Source: Octopus bimaculoides (taxonomy: Eukaryota). From it: a stretch of 34,475 bases of DNA. Under the pieces are notes generated by a model. It searched no databases and was not told the DNA's origin. It saw nothing but the letters and a program-made list of their open reading frames with translations. The position numbers were made by a program, and so were the translations under genes. This document shows, piece after piece, positions 23,678 to 34,204 of the stretch (its first letter is position 1; each line of letters opens with the position of its first letter). Location: the NCBI RefSeq assembly GCF_001194135.2, contig NC_068989.1:17461747-17496221 (forward strand), written 5' to 3'.

Positions 23678-23691
23678 CCCCTCTCTCTCTC
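23610..23691. repeat. (CT)n microsatellite running into assembly gap 23692-24182
   Basis: Direct read; explains the Glu-Arg repeat ORFs. Confidence 0.95.
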
Positions 23692-24751
23692 NNNNNNNNN
23701 NNNNNNNNNNNNNNNNNNNNNNNNNNNNNNNNNNNNNNNNNNNNNNNNNNNNNNNNNNNNNNNNNNNNNNNNNNNNNNNNNNNNNNNNNNNNNNNNNNNN
23801 NNNNNNNNNNNNNNNNNNNNNNNNNNNNNNNNNNNNNNNNNNNNNNNNNNNNNNNNNNNNNNNNNNNNNNNNNNNNNNNNNNNNNNNNNNNNNNNNNNNN
23901 NNNNNNNNNNNNNNNNNNNNNNNNNNNNNNNNNNNNNNNNNNNNNNNNNNNNNNNNNNNNNNNNNNNNNNNNNNNNNNNNNNNNNNNNNNNNNNNNNNNN
24001 NNNNNNNNNNNNNNNNNNNNNNNNNNNNNNNNNNNNNNNNNNNNNNNNNNNNNNNNNNNNNNNNNNNNNNNNNNNNNNNNNNNNNNNNNNNNNNNNNNNN
24101 NNNNNNNNNNNNNNNNNNNNNNNNNNNNNNNNNNNNNNNNNNNNNNNNNNNNNNNNNNNNNNNNNNNNNNNNNNNNNNNNNNACACACACAAATAGATTT
24201 ACTTGGTGTGCAACAAATTCACCATTCAGGTTACAACTCTTATGAGTTAAACTAACCCCTGCTGCATGATCCTGTGCAGGCTATGATATAACATAAAAAA
24301 TGCATCAATAATGAGAGAAAAAACATGGGCATGAACTTGGTATACCTTGTATTTGGTAATTAATTTATGATGCCACACTATAAATGCAATTTATACATGC
24401 AACTTCTTATAAGTGAAGTATACGTAACCATACTGAGCATGTCCTCACCTATAATCAAAATATGGATGTATATTTCGTTTTTGTCACATGTTTGAATTGC
24501 ATTTATAGTGTGACATCATTAATTAATTACCAAATACAGAAAAATATGTAACAGATACAATGAAGGAATACCAAGTTCATATCCATGTTTTTTCCTATAA
24601 TTTTTTATATATAATTCACTGATAGAAAAAAAGGACTTCATACATAATAGGTACACAGGAATAGCTAACAGTAAGAGCCACCCAAGAAATAAAATCTGAT
24701 AACTTCCCAGAAGGCATACATGATGTAGTTGATAGCTTCTGTGATCTAGAT

Positions 24752-25269
24752 CAGGGGTTTTCAAACTGTGGTCCGCGGACCACAGGGGGTCCGCAAGGAC
24801 AAGACAGGAGGTCCATGGACAGCAAATACTCTTTATGGGCAATTTGATTTTATATATGTTTTTTAATCGAAATCTTTTAATTGACAATAAACCTATTTGT
24901 TAAATACTGTTAAATAAATAAATGTAAAAAATATATGTTATTTTAAGCAGATATTTNNNNNNNNNNNNNNNNNNNNNNNNNNNNNNNNNNNNNNNNNNNN
25001 NNNNNNNNNNNNNNNNNNNNNNNNNNNNNNNNNNNNNNNNNNNNNNNNNNNNNNNNNNNNNNNNNNNNNNNNNNNNNNNNNNNNNNNNNNNNNNNNNNNN
25101 NNNNNNNNNNNNNNNNNNNNNNNNNNNNNNNNNNNNNNNNNNNNNNNNNNNNNNNNNNNNNNNNNNCTCTACAATGCCATTCTAGAAATAAACAATCCAT
25201 CATTTAAATCTCAAAGGTAAAGCCTGAAATATAAAGGGGTCTGCAAGTCAAAAAGTTTGAAAACCCCTG
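24752..25269. mobile_element. hAT (Charlie/Buster-type) non-autonomous transposon
   Basis: 16-bp TIR CAGGGGTTTTCAAACT / AGTTTGAAAACCCCTG; perfect 8-bp TSD ATCTAGAT with the TCTAGA core typical of Buster/Charlie targets; contains an N-gap. Confidence 0.88.
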
Positions 25270-25648
25270 ATCTAGATGACTTAATAAGCAATGTAGAGAG
25301 TTGTAGCAAAAACAATAAAACAAATAAGGATGAGGAGGAAAATAGATCAGGGAAATATTACCTCTACTAGCAACAAATAACTTCTCTCTCTGACTAAAGT
25401 GCTGATTATATGACATTTATATGTGAAATTCGATATTGAATAGTGGTGAAATATGGTTTTGAATGGCTGGAAAGGAAGAAAATAAGCCTGCTTTTCTGGA
25501 TGTGTAATAACAGTGTGCATGAAAGGCAGAAATAGGTAGGGTGAGACAAAATTAGGGATCAGAAATATCAAGTGTGCTGTGCAAAAGAGAAGATAACTGT
25601 TGTTAGTCATATGATTTCTATATAGGATGACAGTTGGTTGAATAAATG

Positions 25649-26334
25649 GGATCTTTCTGATTTGGCGGACACCATTTGTTTTCTAACGAAACACTTTTAA
25701 ACTTGGGATACTGGTAGAATGTGTCATATAAAACATCTTTTTCTCTTAGCCTTGTTAAGAAAAGTTTCTATATTACAAGTTATTGCATGTTAAAAGTTGT
25801 CATATTTCGGTAATTTCAACCAATCACTGACGTCTATTGAGGTGAGAACAATTACTGCTGTGGTTTGTCAACAAGACGTTCTGGCGGTGTAATGAGACCT
25901 TTTCCGTTGAATGAAATTACTGCCGTTGTTTGTCAACAACAACTATCGGCGGTATCGTTATTTATGACATCGTTCATGCGTTTGTACTGGTTTTAGCTTT
26001 AGAGTTTTAGGGTTAGGGTTTGGGTTTTAGAGTTAGTGTTAGGGTTGGTGCTTAATTCAAAAGGATTACCAGGGACTAATGATATATATACACCGCTACA
26101 AATTATTGTTGACAAAGAACAGCAGTAACTGTATTCAGCTGAATAGATGTCAGTGATTGGTTGAAATTACCGAAATACGACAGTTTTTAACATGAAATAA
26201 CTTCGAATATAAAAATTTTTCTCTGTTCTATAAGACAAAATATACAAGTATATGAAGTTTTAAAGTGTTTCGGTAGAAAACACACTAAATAAAAACTAAA
26301 TAAAAAAATGGTGTCCGCCAAATCAGAAAGATCC
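25649..26334. mobile_element. Foldback MITE related to 4387-4957, opposite orientation
   Basis: TIR ggatctttctgatttggcggacaccatt / aatggtgtccgccaaatcagaaagatcc; perfect 8-bp TSD AATAAATG (25641-25648, 26335-26342); degenerate (TTAGGG)n at ~25991-26046. Confidence 0.85.
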
Positions 26335-26594
26335 AATAAATGTCCAGTAGTTCAAATGGAAAGGGCCTAAGAAAGAGGAAAGTAAGGGGAGGTAATAAAT
26401 GTCAAGGTTCTGTGTTGGGACAACCCTGTCAACCAATGCTTGGAAGAATAAAAGAATGATGATGATGGTGTTGATATTGGTGGAGGTAGCAATGGATAAT
26501 TGTTATGAAGAAATTTGAAGAATTAGTCTAGATAAAAGATTTGATTCTAGTTTTGTAAATTCAAATCCTAAAATAATTATCTTAAAAAGATAGT

Positions 26595-26970
26595 ATAGGC
26601 ACAAGCGTGGCTGTGAGGTAAGAAACTTGCTTTCCAACCACATGATTCTGGGTTCAGTCTTGCTGCATGGCACCTTGGGCAAGTGTCTTCTACTGTAGCC
26701 TAGGGCTGACCAAAGCCTTGTGAGTGGGTTTGGTAGATGGAAACTGAAAGAAGCCTGTTGTATATGTGTGTCTGTGTTTGTCCCCCCCCCCCCACCACTT
26801 GACAACTGTTGTTGATGTGTTTATGTCCCTGTAACTTAGCAGTTCAGCAAAAAAGACTGAGAAAATAAGTACTAGGCTTACAAAGAATAAGTCCAAGGAT
26901 TGCTTTTTTCAACTAAAAGATGGCGCCCCAGAATGGCCACAATAAAATAACTAAAACAAGTAAAAGAGTA
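26595..26970 (+). mobile_element. SINE family C copy
   Basis: tRNA-like head tggctgtgaggtaag..gggttcagtc; body is the reverse complement of 32512-32930. Confidence 0.72.
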
Positions 26971-27075
26971 TTAACACACTATTAACTTTCACTAGTCTTT
27001 ATTTGCTTTTCTCTTATTTAAAATAAAAAAGAAAATTTAATTCTGATATATTCTGCTATATGGTTTCTTTTCTAG

Positions 27076-27206
27076 TGAACGAGCTTCTAGTACAGGTGCA
27101 ACAGGTGACAGACTTAAAGAAGGTGCTGCAATTAACAAGTCACTCTTTACTTTAGGTAACTGCATATCTGCCTTGGCCAAAAAGGCAAATGGAGGTAACA
27201 CTAAAG
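27076..27206 (+). CDS. KIF28P: Kinesin-3 motor exon (L11-alpha4)
   Basis: ttctag| acceptor, G|gtaaac donor. (S)[43 protein letters not shown](V). Confidence 0.94.
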
Positions 27207-27267
27207 GTAAACAATTAAATTATATTAATTTATCTGTAATAGATTAAATGTTTTGCTTTATCCATAT

Positions 27268-27656
27268 TGGGGCAAGCGAAAGCGAAATTGTGATGGCACC
27301 TGTGCCCAGCGTCACCTTTCTGGCACTTGTGCCCGCGGCATGTGTAAGGAACTTCAAGCGAGATCATTGCCAGTGCCCCTGGACTGGCTCTTGTGCGGGT
27401 GGCACATAAAAATACACCATTTTGAGCATGGCCGTTGCCAGTACCGCCTGACTGGCCTTCGTGCGGGTGACACGTAAAAGCACCCACTACACTCTCTGAG
27501 TGGTTGGCGTTAGGAAAGGCATCCAGCTGTAGAAACTCTGCCAAATCATATTAGAGCCTGGTGTAACCATCTGGTTTCACCAGTCCTCAGTCAAATCGTC
27601 CAACCCATGCTAGCATGGAAAGCGGACGTTAAACGACGATGATGATGATGATGATA
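27268..27656 (+). mobile_element. (GAT)n-tailed family copy
   Basis: Reverse complement of most of 19391-19842; starts ~60 nt after the kinesin exon donor. Confidence 0.82.
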
Positions 27657-28080
27657 CATGCTCTTCTACTTCTGCCAATCAGCTACCTTGGATTTAATAA
27701 AAGAAAGTCTATAATATTATATTATATAAAATAGCTCCTTCTTGAAAGGATTTCCTGAATTATTTGGGATGCACTAAAAAGGCATATAAATATAACTAAT
27801 TTAGTTTCACTGTTTTAGTACACAAGACATTGCTAACTTGAAAAATGATGAGATTAGAATCACAGTTTTTAAAAAGGCAGCTTCTATGAATATTTTTTAC
27901 AATGTAAGATAATTGCTGAGTGGCAGTCTGGGCTTTAAAAAAAAGATTGCTACCTTACATTTCAAAATATTTAACCAACACATTGTTGTTCACAAATTAT
28001 AAGTGATTTTTAAATTACTTGCATTAAAGGAGAATGATTTTCTAATGGTTAATTATTAATTTATTTTTATTTTATTTTAG

Positions 28081-28151
28081 TTCCTTACATGGATTCTGTA
28101 CTTACTAAATTACTGAAGAATGCTCTTGGAGGAAATAGCAAAACTATTATG
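28081..28151 (+). CDS. KIF28P: Kinesin-3 motor exon (L12-alpha5), last exon found
   Basis: ttttag| acceptor, ATG|gtatga donor. (V)PYMDSVLTKLLKNALGGNSKTIM. The eight exons total 954 nt = 318 codons with no stop. Confidence 0.94.
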
Positions 28152-28859
28152 GTATGAAACATACAAGTTGTTCATGTAGCATTATAAATTCTTCTTTACT
28201 TGGTTTTACATTATTCATTGGATAGGGACCATGGAGACAATGAGAGATCTATAGTAACAGTATCAAGTCAACAGGAAGTGATTCAGTGGAGAAGAAAAGA
28301 GAGAGATGATTTGGTAGCATAGAAAGGTGGGGCATTCAATATGAAATGGGAGTAGAGAATGGACAATGTTAAAAATGAAGGATGGAGCTCAAAACGGTTC
28401 CAAGTAATGAGAAAAGATAACAGGCATCACAGAAAAGATGATGAAATATGTAATCTTACCTGTATTTAACAACAGCGGCACTTAGGTTAGCAATAAAGAG
28501 ATCAGTGATAAAGAAATTGGGAGTGGGGATGAAGAGGAAATTAGACAAGTTAAGGAAATTAGACAAGTAATTCAATTGTGTATATAGACATTATACTTCA
28601 AAAACTTCAGTTTCTCCCAAATAGGTGAGTCTTCTTGAACACCACATATCACCGATCATTCTGATCTTCTGAGGTTGGTGCCTGGGGTGGAGGTGGGATG
28701 GAGTAGAGATGCAGAGAAAGAGTGAAGACAGGAAATGGTGGGATAGGGCTAATTTTAAAATCACATGTGGTTATGTACATGTATATGTGAGTATGTGTGT
28801 GTGCACCTCCATTTCCCTGAATGTAAAAACTTGTGTAGACAGGAGCCACTTTAACTGAT

Positions 28860-29450
28860 AGACACTTTCCCTGGACTCATATGTAATAGGAAAATATGTA
28901 ATAGACAGCCCTTAAAGATACTTTTAGTTGTGTTCCTAGCATCAAGAAAATACTAGTAAAGAGGCCAAACAGAGGAAGGCTGTTCATGCAGAGGTAACAC
29001 CACATGTCCACTTAACAACCATTGGAATACAGAAACCATTGCATATGAGGTTGAGATTAAAGGATCCCAGTGGAGTGATGGATGTGTAGGAATACACAAG
29101 CATGACCTTTACAATCAAATTCAGTAAAATAATGTGCAAGAGAGGCAAACTGTCACATCGCTAGCAAGACATATATGGATATTGAAAGAAAATGTTGCAC
29201 ATTATGACATTAAGTGGAGGATACTAGAAAAGTGTAAACTTTATTTTAACAGCAGTAGGAGACACAAGCTCTACTTGGCTGAGAAAAGGATCATGATAAA
29301 GAATTCTCTCCATCTGGGCACATACCTAAACTGCCCTCATGAGCACAAATGTGCTCTAGCAACCACACCATGAATATAAGTATTGAAGCAGCCCATTGGG
29401 TTTCTCCTTAACTAAAATCTGAGGAATTAATATAAGGTCGCGTCACCCAA
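28860..29450 (+). mobile_element. Penelope-like element remnant (GIY-YIG endonuclease C-terminal region)
   Basis: Degenerate CPLNNHWNTETIAYEVEI.. and SLARHIWILKEN..YDIKWRILEKCKLYFNSSRRHKLYLAEK..LN..CPHEHK, matching the LS.HIW.LK...Y.IKW.IL....Y......C.LCL.EK...LN...CRH signature of PLE endonucleases. Confidence 0.72.
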
Positions 29451-30184
29451 CTGTGATACATACACACACACACACATTCAATTATACATGTACACAACCA
29501 CACATGATTTTAAAATTAATCATCTCCCACCAACCCCTATTCTCACTCTTCCACATCTCAAACACACCCTGCCCTCACTCCAGCCCTAAATCCACCCTAC
29601 AAGTAAATATATTCCATACAGTAGTAACTCTTTTTGCTCCCAAAACAAGGGGTATAATTTCAATGAATTAAAATAGTTTTTTCTTCCAGGGGATTTGACC
29701 TGAGTGATTTCATTCACAATTTTTTACAACAGCTGTGGAAAGAGTCATGCCATACCTTTCCTTTCAGCCTTTTGTGATTGATGATTGCCAGGACTATCTA
29801 ACTCTTGAACTCTTGATATAAAACTGATTGGAAAATTGGCTAATAGGAGAATATAATATTGTATCTTAATAATGCATTAAGATCTGAATTGTAAGATCTC
29901 TATCCTGATGATAGAGGCTCATCTTATCTGATGTTAATTGCATCCATATGGCTGCATGTTGTGATGAACTACATCTACCAACATTATTATGGATCTCTGA
30001 GCCCCCAGAAACAGCTGTTGGGCTTATAATACCTTTCTTTCACCCCGTTAATTTTCTCTGTGTATGTTGGACCTATTAATATAAATATCTATATATTTAT
30101 ACTTAAAAATTCATCATCTGAAAGTCTCCACCTTCTGCTTTCTCTTGTTTTGCATGTATACATATATACAGATTTTGTATTTCA

Positions 30185-30745
30185 TGTCCCTCACAGCAAA
30201 GAACATAGGCATATGATTTTCTGGGTAGGGAACAGTAGGTATACTCCTTGCATGGGCTGTGACTGCTGAGGATATGTGTAGGCTTGTAAGAAATGAAGCT
30301 AGTATGCTCTGCTGGATGTGTAATGTCAGTGTGCATGCACAACAGAATGTAAGCATCCTGAGAGAAAAGTTGGACATAGGAAGCATCAGATGTGGTATGC
30401 AAGAGAGACAACTGCACTGGTATGGTCATGTGATGCATATGGATGAAGACTCTAGTGGTGGAGGGAACCTGTGGAAGAGGTAGACTCAGGAAGGCATGGG
30501 ACGAGGTGGTGAAGCGTGATCTTTGAATGTTGGGCCTCACAGAGACAATGACAAGCAACTGAGACCTTTGGAGATATGGTGTACTTGAAAAGACCCGTCA
30601 AGCCAAGTGAGATCATAGTCATGGCCAATGCCAGTGTTGTGTAACTGTTCCATTAAAAGCAGCCTTCAGTGGTTGGGCAATATGCCTTGCTTGTGAAATC
30701 CTGTTGAACTGAGTGAAATCATATTCGTGGCCAATGTCAGTGCCA
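30185..30745 (+). mobile_element. RTE-clade LINE 3' fragment
   Basis: AEDMCRLVRNEASMLCWMCNV..LREKL.I..IR..QER.L.WYGHV.HMDED then GRGRLRKAWDEVVKRDL..LGL..LWRYGVLEKTRQAK*, followed by 3' UTR resembling the GAT-tailed repeats elsewhere in the window. Confidence 0.85.
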
Positions 30746-30792
30746 AACACCTGCGTTTAACTCCATTTATGTATGTAGATATATATATATAT

Positions 30793-31250
30793 AGATATTA
30801 ATATTTCTAAGTCTCTCTAAAGGAGACTACGGCGGCGGTACTGGATATTAATAGTTATCGCCAAGTCAACATGGCAGTCCAAAACATAGGACGAATGCTG
30901 CCATTGATTAGCTCCAAGAAGCCATCGCCTCTAGCTAGCTATGCGACACATGAACCTGTGTTCTTTATAAACTTCAAACAGGGGAGGTCAGCAGCTTCCC
31001 CTTGCTGGTTTGGCATCTGCAGACTAGTTTCGGGGTATTGCCCCTTGTCAATGCAGAGCAGCCAAACCCAGCAGGCGTCGCTACTGACCATCTGTACGAA
31101 GGTTATTTATCTAATTTCAGTGGAATACATCCACTGGTTTTCAGGAATAGAGATATTGATATTTCTAAGTCTCTCTAAAGGAGACTATGGCAGCAGTACT
31201 GGATATTAATAGCTATCGCCAAGTCAACATGGCAGTCCAAAACATAGGAC

Positions 31251-31254
<4 letters not shown>
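30793..31254 (-). mobile_element. Retrozyme-like / Penelope pLTR-like partial tandem element (358-bp unit, ~1.3 copies)
   Basis: 104-bp direct repeats at 30793-30896 and 31151-31254 (offset 358, 5 mismatches), (TA)n on both sides, hammerhead in the unique part, no convincing coding capacity. Confidence 0.7.
31003..31073 (-). ncRNA. Type I hammerhead ribozyme (U3-A8 core variant)
   Basis: Minus strand reads UGCUGGGUUUGGC-UGCU-CUGCA | UUGACAA | GGGG-CAAUA-CCCC | GAAAC-UA-GUC | UGCAG-AU-GCCAAACCAGCA. Stem I is CUGCA/UGCAG plus a distal helix beyond an internal loop; stem II is 4 G-C pairs; stem III is the palindrome ACUAGU; the GUC cleavage triplet is at 31024-31022. Folded by hand, not by software. 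Confidence 0.85.
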
Positions 31255-31293
<39 letters not shown>

Positions 31294-31762
31294 TGAGTTA
31301 AGTTAGAGGTTATAACAACCATTTAAGGGATACTTGTATCTTATGAATCAACTGGTGTATTACCTATATTTGATCATAAGCATTGGTATTAATGCTCAGA
31401 AATAAAAGGTAATGGCAAGAATAAATGGAAGTTTATCAATATTTAAGGAAAACAGAAAATGGAGATAATATTGATGAATAACAATTAATTTACACCAATT
31501 ATCATTTATTGATTAATTACAAAGAGACAGAATCTCAACTTACAGCTGTTTCTGTTAGCATGATTCCCAGGCCTAACCACCACAATAATAATAATAATAG
31601 TTATCATTGTAAGTAATTAATTATACCAATTTGAATTGTGGAATTTCATCAGAGCAAAAAAGTAAAGCAAAATAAAAGTAAAAAGAAAAAGAAAAAAGTG
31701 AGAAAACAGTGATAATCAATTTATGCTACATGCTGTCCCATTGGGAAGCTTTCGACTAACTG

Positions 31763-31796
<34 letters not shown>

Positions 31797-32511
31797 TGGA
31801 CGTACACATTTATGTGTGTATATATGTCTGTGTATGTGTGGAATGTGCAAGCAAGACATGCCTCCTAATCTGGCAAGGAGAACAGGAAGTTCAAATAAAA
31901 AAATAAAAAATGCAGTCTGTGTTGACCCAGTCAACCCAATCCAGTATAAAACAGGAATGTAAAATGACGATGCTGATGGCAATGATGATGATATAGACTG
32001 CTGAATTTGTTTATGTTAGATTTGACACTATAAATCAATAAATCTAACTTTACTTCAATAATAATCATTCAAAACTGGAAAGAGAAAATTTGTTAAAAAT
32101 ATGTAAAACCCAAAATGAAATTTAAAATGAAAAATCTGTCAGATGCTTTGCCTATCCTGATTAAATAAAAAATATTTGAGCCAGTTGGAATTTTTAACAT
32201 CACCCAAATGGTTTCTGGTTTTATTTAAAAACTCACATATGTTTGTTTAGAATATTCATGTATTAGAGTCATTTGACTTAGGACAATTCCACTTTTGAAA
32301 AGCAGTGGAAATATCATCGTTGGATTTGTTGGTTGCAATGTTTTGTTTTTTTTCACAAATAAACTTATAGATTTTTTTTATGACACCTCCAGTATATTTT
32401 TAAAATACACTTGACATTTTTATGGCATGTAATTTTTCTTGCATATTTCTGGGTAGATTTTATTTTAGTTTTCAACAAATGTGAATTATTGAAATAGTTA
32501 TTCCTTTTTTC

Positions 32512-32930
32512 TTTTATTCTTTTACTTGTTTCAGTCATTTAACTGCGGCCATGCTGGAGCACCGCCTTTAGTCGAGCAAATCGACCCCGGGACTTATTCT
32601 TTGTAAGCCTAGTACTTATTTTATCGGTCTCTTTCACCAAACCGCTAAGTTACAGGGACATAAACACACCAGCATCGGTTGTTAAGCAATGCTAGGGGGA
32701 CAAACACAGACACACAAACACACATATACACACACATATATATATATATATATATACATATATACGACAGGCTTTTTTCAGTTTCCGTCTACCAAATCCA
32801 CTCACAAGGCTTTGGTCGGCCCGAGGCTATAGTAGAAGACACTTGCCCAAGATGCCACGCAGTGGGACTGAACCCGGAACTATGTGGTTGGTAAGCAAGC
32901 TACTTACCACACAGCCACTCCTGTGCCTAT
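32512..32930 (-). mobile_element. SINE family C copy
   Basis: tttacttgtttcagtcatttaactgcggccatgctggagcaccgcc..ccacacagccactcctgtgcctat. Confidence 0.82.
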
Positions 32931-33329
32931 AGTTATGTAGTTTATTATAATTTATTTTGATACCCAGTCAAATTACTTTTTTATGACAGTGATTTATTAA
33001 AATTACAATGATTTGTGCTGTTTTTACTAAATTACTTTGATGACTTTAGCTATCTTGTATTTGCTTTGCTGTTTTTGTTTATTTTAATCTTTCTGATTGG
33101 CATGACAATAAATAAATAAATAAAAACCAGTTTAATTTTATTTCCTCGGCAAATATTTTTCTCTATAATTATAAGATAAAACATTAATCCACATTTGTCA
33201 ATCTACACATTCAGTTTAACTACAAAATTATATAATCAGGCAATTATTGCATATACACGTTGACACATGTATATGCACACAGCCATTATCTACTTGCAAT
33301 CTAAACACTTCACATCAAATTTACTCTGT

Positions 33330-33990
33330 CACAATGAACATGGTTTGAAGCAATCTTGACTCCTTCATCTGAATAGTTATGCAAAGAAATGATCCTCTCT
33401 CTCACCTTTTTGGGTAAAATGCAGTTAAACCCCTGAGTCACTGTATATGCTAGGCCACACAATCATTTACAACTTCTCCCGGTGAGCAGACATTCAAATC
33501 AGTAACGATTGTGTCCAGTTGATAAATCTTCTTCTTCAGGGCCAAAAAATACTTTTGTTCCAAAGGGTTGTTGACTCCCTATAAAACTCAGGTGAAGCCC
33601 TCAATAGAATATAGCTTCTACATTTGGGATGATTTTATTGTTACACATATGAACATCCTATGCTACGTCCAAAGGAATGCTTTCTGACTGACTGAGAAAT
33701 ACACATTTGTCAATACAGTACAACCTTGGACTTGTAGACGTTACAACTACAGCTTCTACTTCTCTGATCTCGCTAGCTGTATACCCTTCTCATCAAACCC
33801 TACATGATATACACTGTGTTCCTCTCTCTGAGCTCCCCAAAGTAAATCACCCATTCAATATGTCTTCCTTGGAATAATCAACCCATTGAAATTCCTTTCT
33901 TGCTGATATTTTTCCTGCAGTCTTTACTGATATTTAAACTGAATCTCAAATTTCTCAGTCCCAGATGGCCTGCAAAAACCATCATCACAG
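33330..33990 (-). mobile_element. Possible highly degraded LTR-retrotransposon RT/RNaseH remnant
   Basis: Frameshifted minus-strand patches (FSLNISK, IYFG, GIQL..EVEAV, VRKHSFG, IIPNV, SDS.G, IISFA) in the order expected for Gypsy pol. Weak; needs a profile search. Confidence 0.28.
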
Positions 33991-34032
33991 TTTAACCTTT
34001 ATAATTAAACCATTTCCAATAAATAAATAAAT

Positions 34033-34190
34033 ATGTGACTGTGTGGTTAGGAGCTTGCTTCCCAAACACATGGTTTTGGGTTCAGTCCTACGATGTGGCA
34101 CTTTGGGCAAGTGTCTTCTACTGTAGCCTCGAGCTAACTAAAGCCTTGTGAGTGGATTTGGTAGAAGAAAACTGAAAGAAGCCTGTCATC
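34033..34190 (+). mobile_element. SINE family C 5' half
   Basis: gtgactgtgtggttaggagcttgcttcccaa..gggttcagtcc..gcaagtgtcttctac; breaks at a (TA)n where a GAT-tailed element begins. Confidence 0.7.
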
Positions 34191-34204
34191 TATATATATA
34201 TATA

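Noticed and set aside
23567-24196. Long ORFs (193-209 aa) across 23692-24182, and similar ORFs at 2412-2747 and 24943-25203
   Set aside because: Artefacts of N-gaps and (CT)n repeats; no coding information.
30871-31209. 112-aa ORF across the hammerhead element
   Set aside because: No recognisable domain; the sequence is better explained by RNA structure on the opposite strand.
30793-31254. CRISPR-like or LTR/TRIM interpretation of the 104-bp direct repeats
   Set aside because: Only two long repeats, eukaryotic context, no TG..CA termini, PBS/PPT or short TSD.
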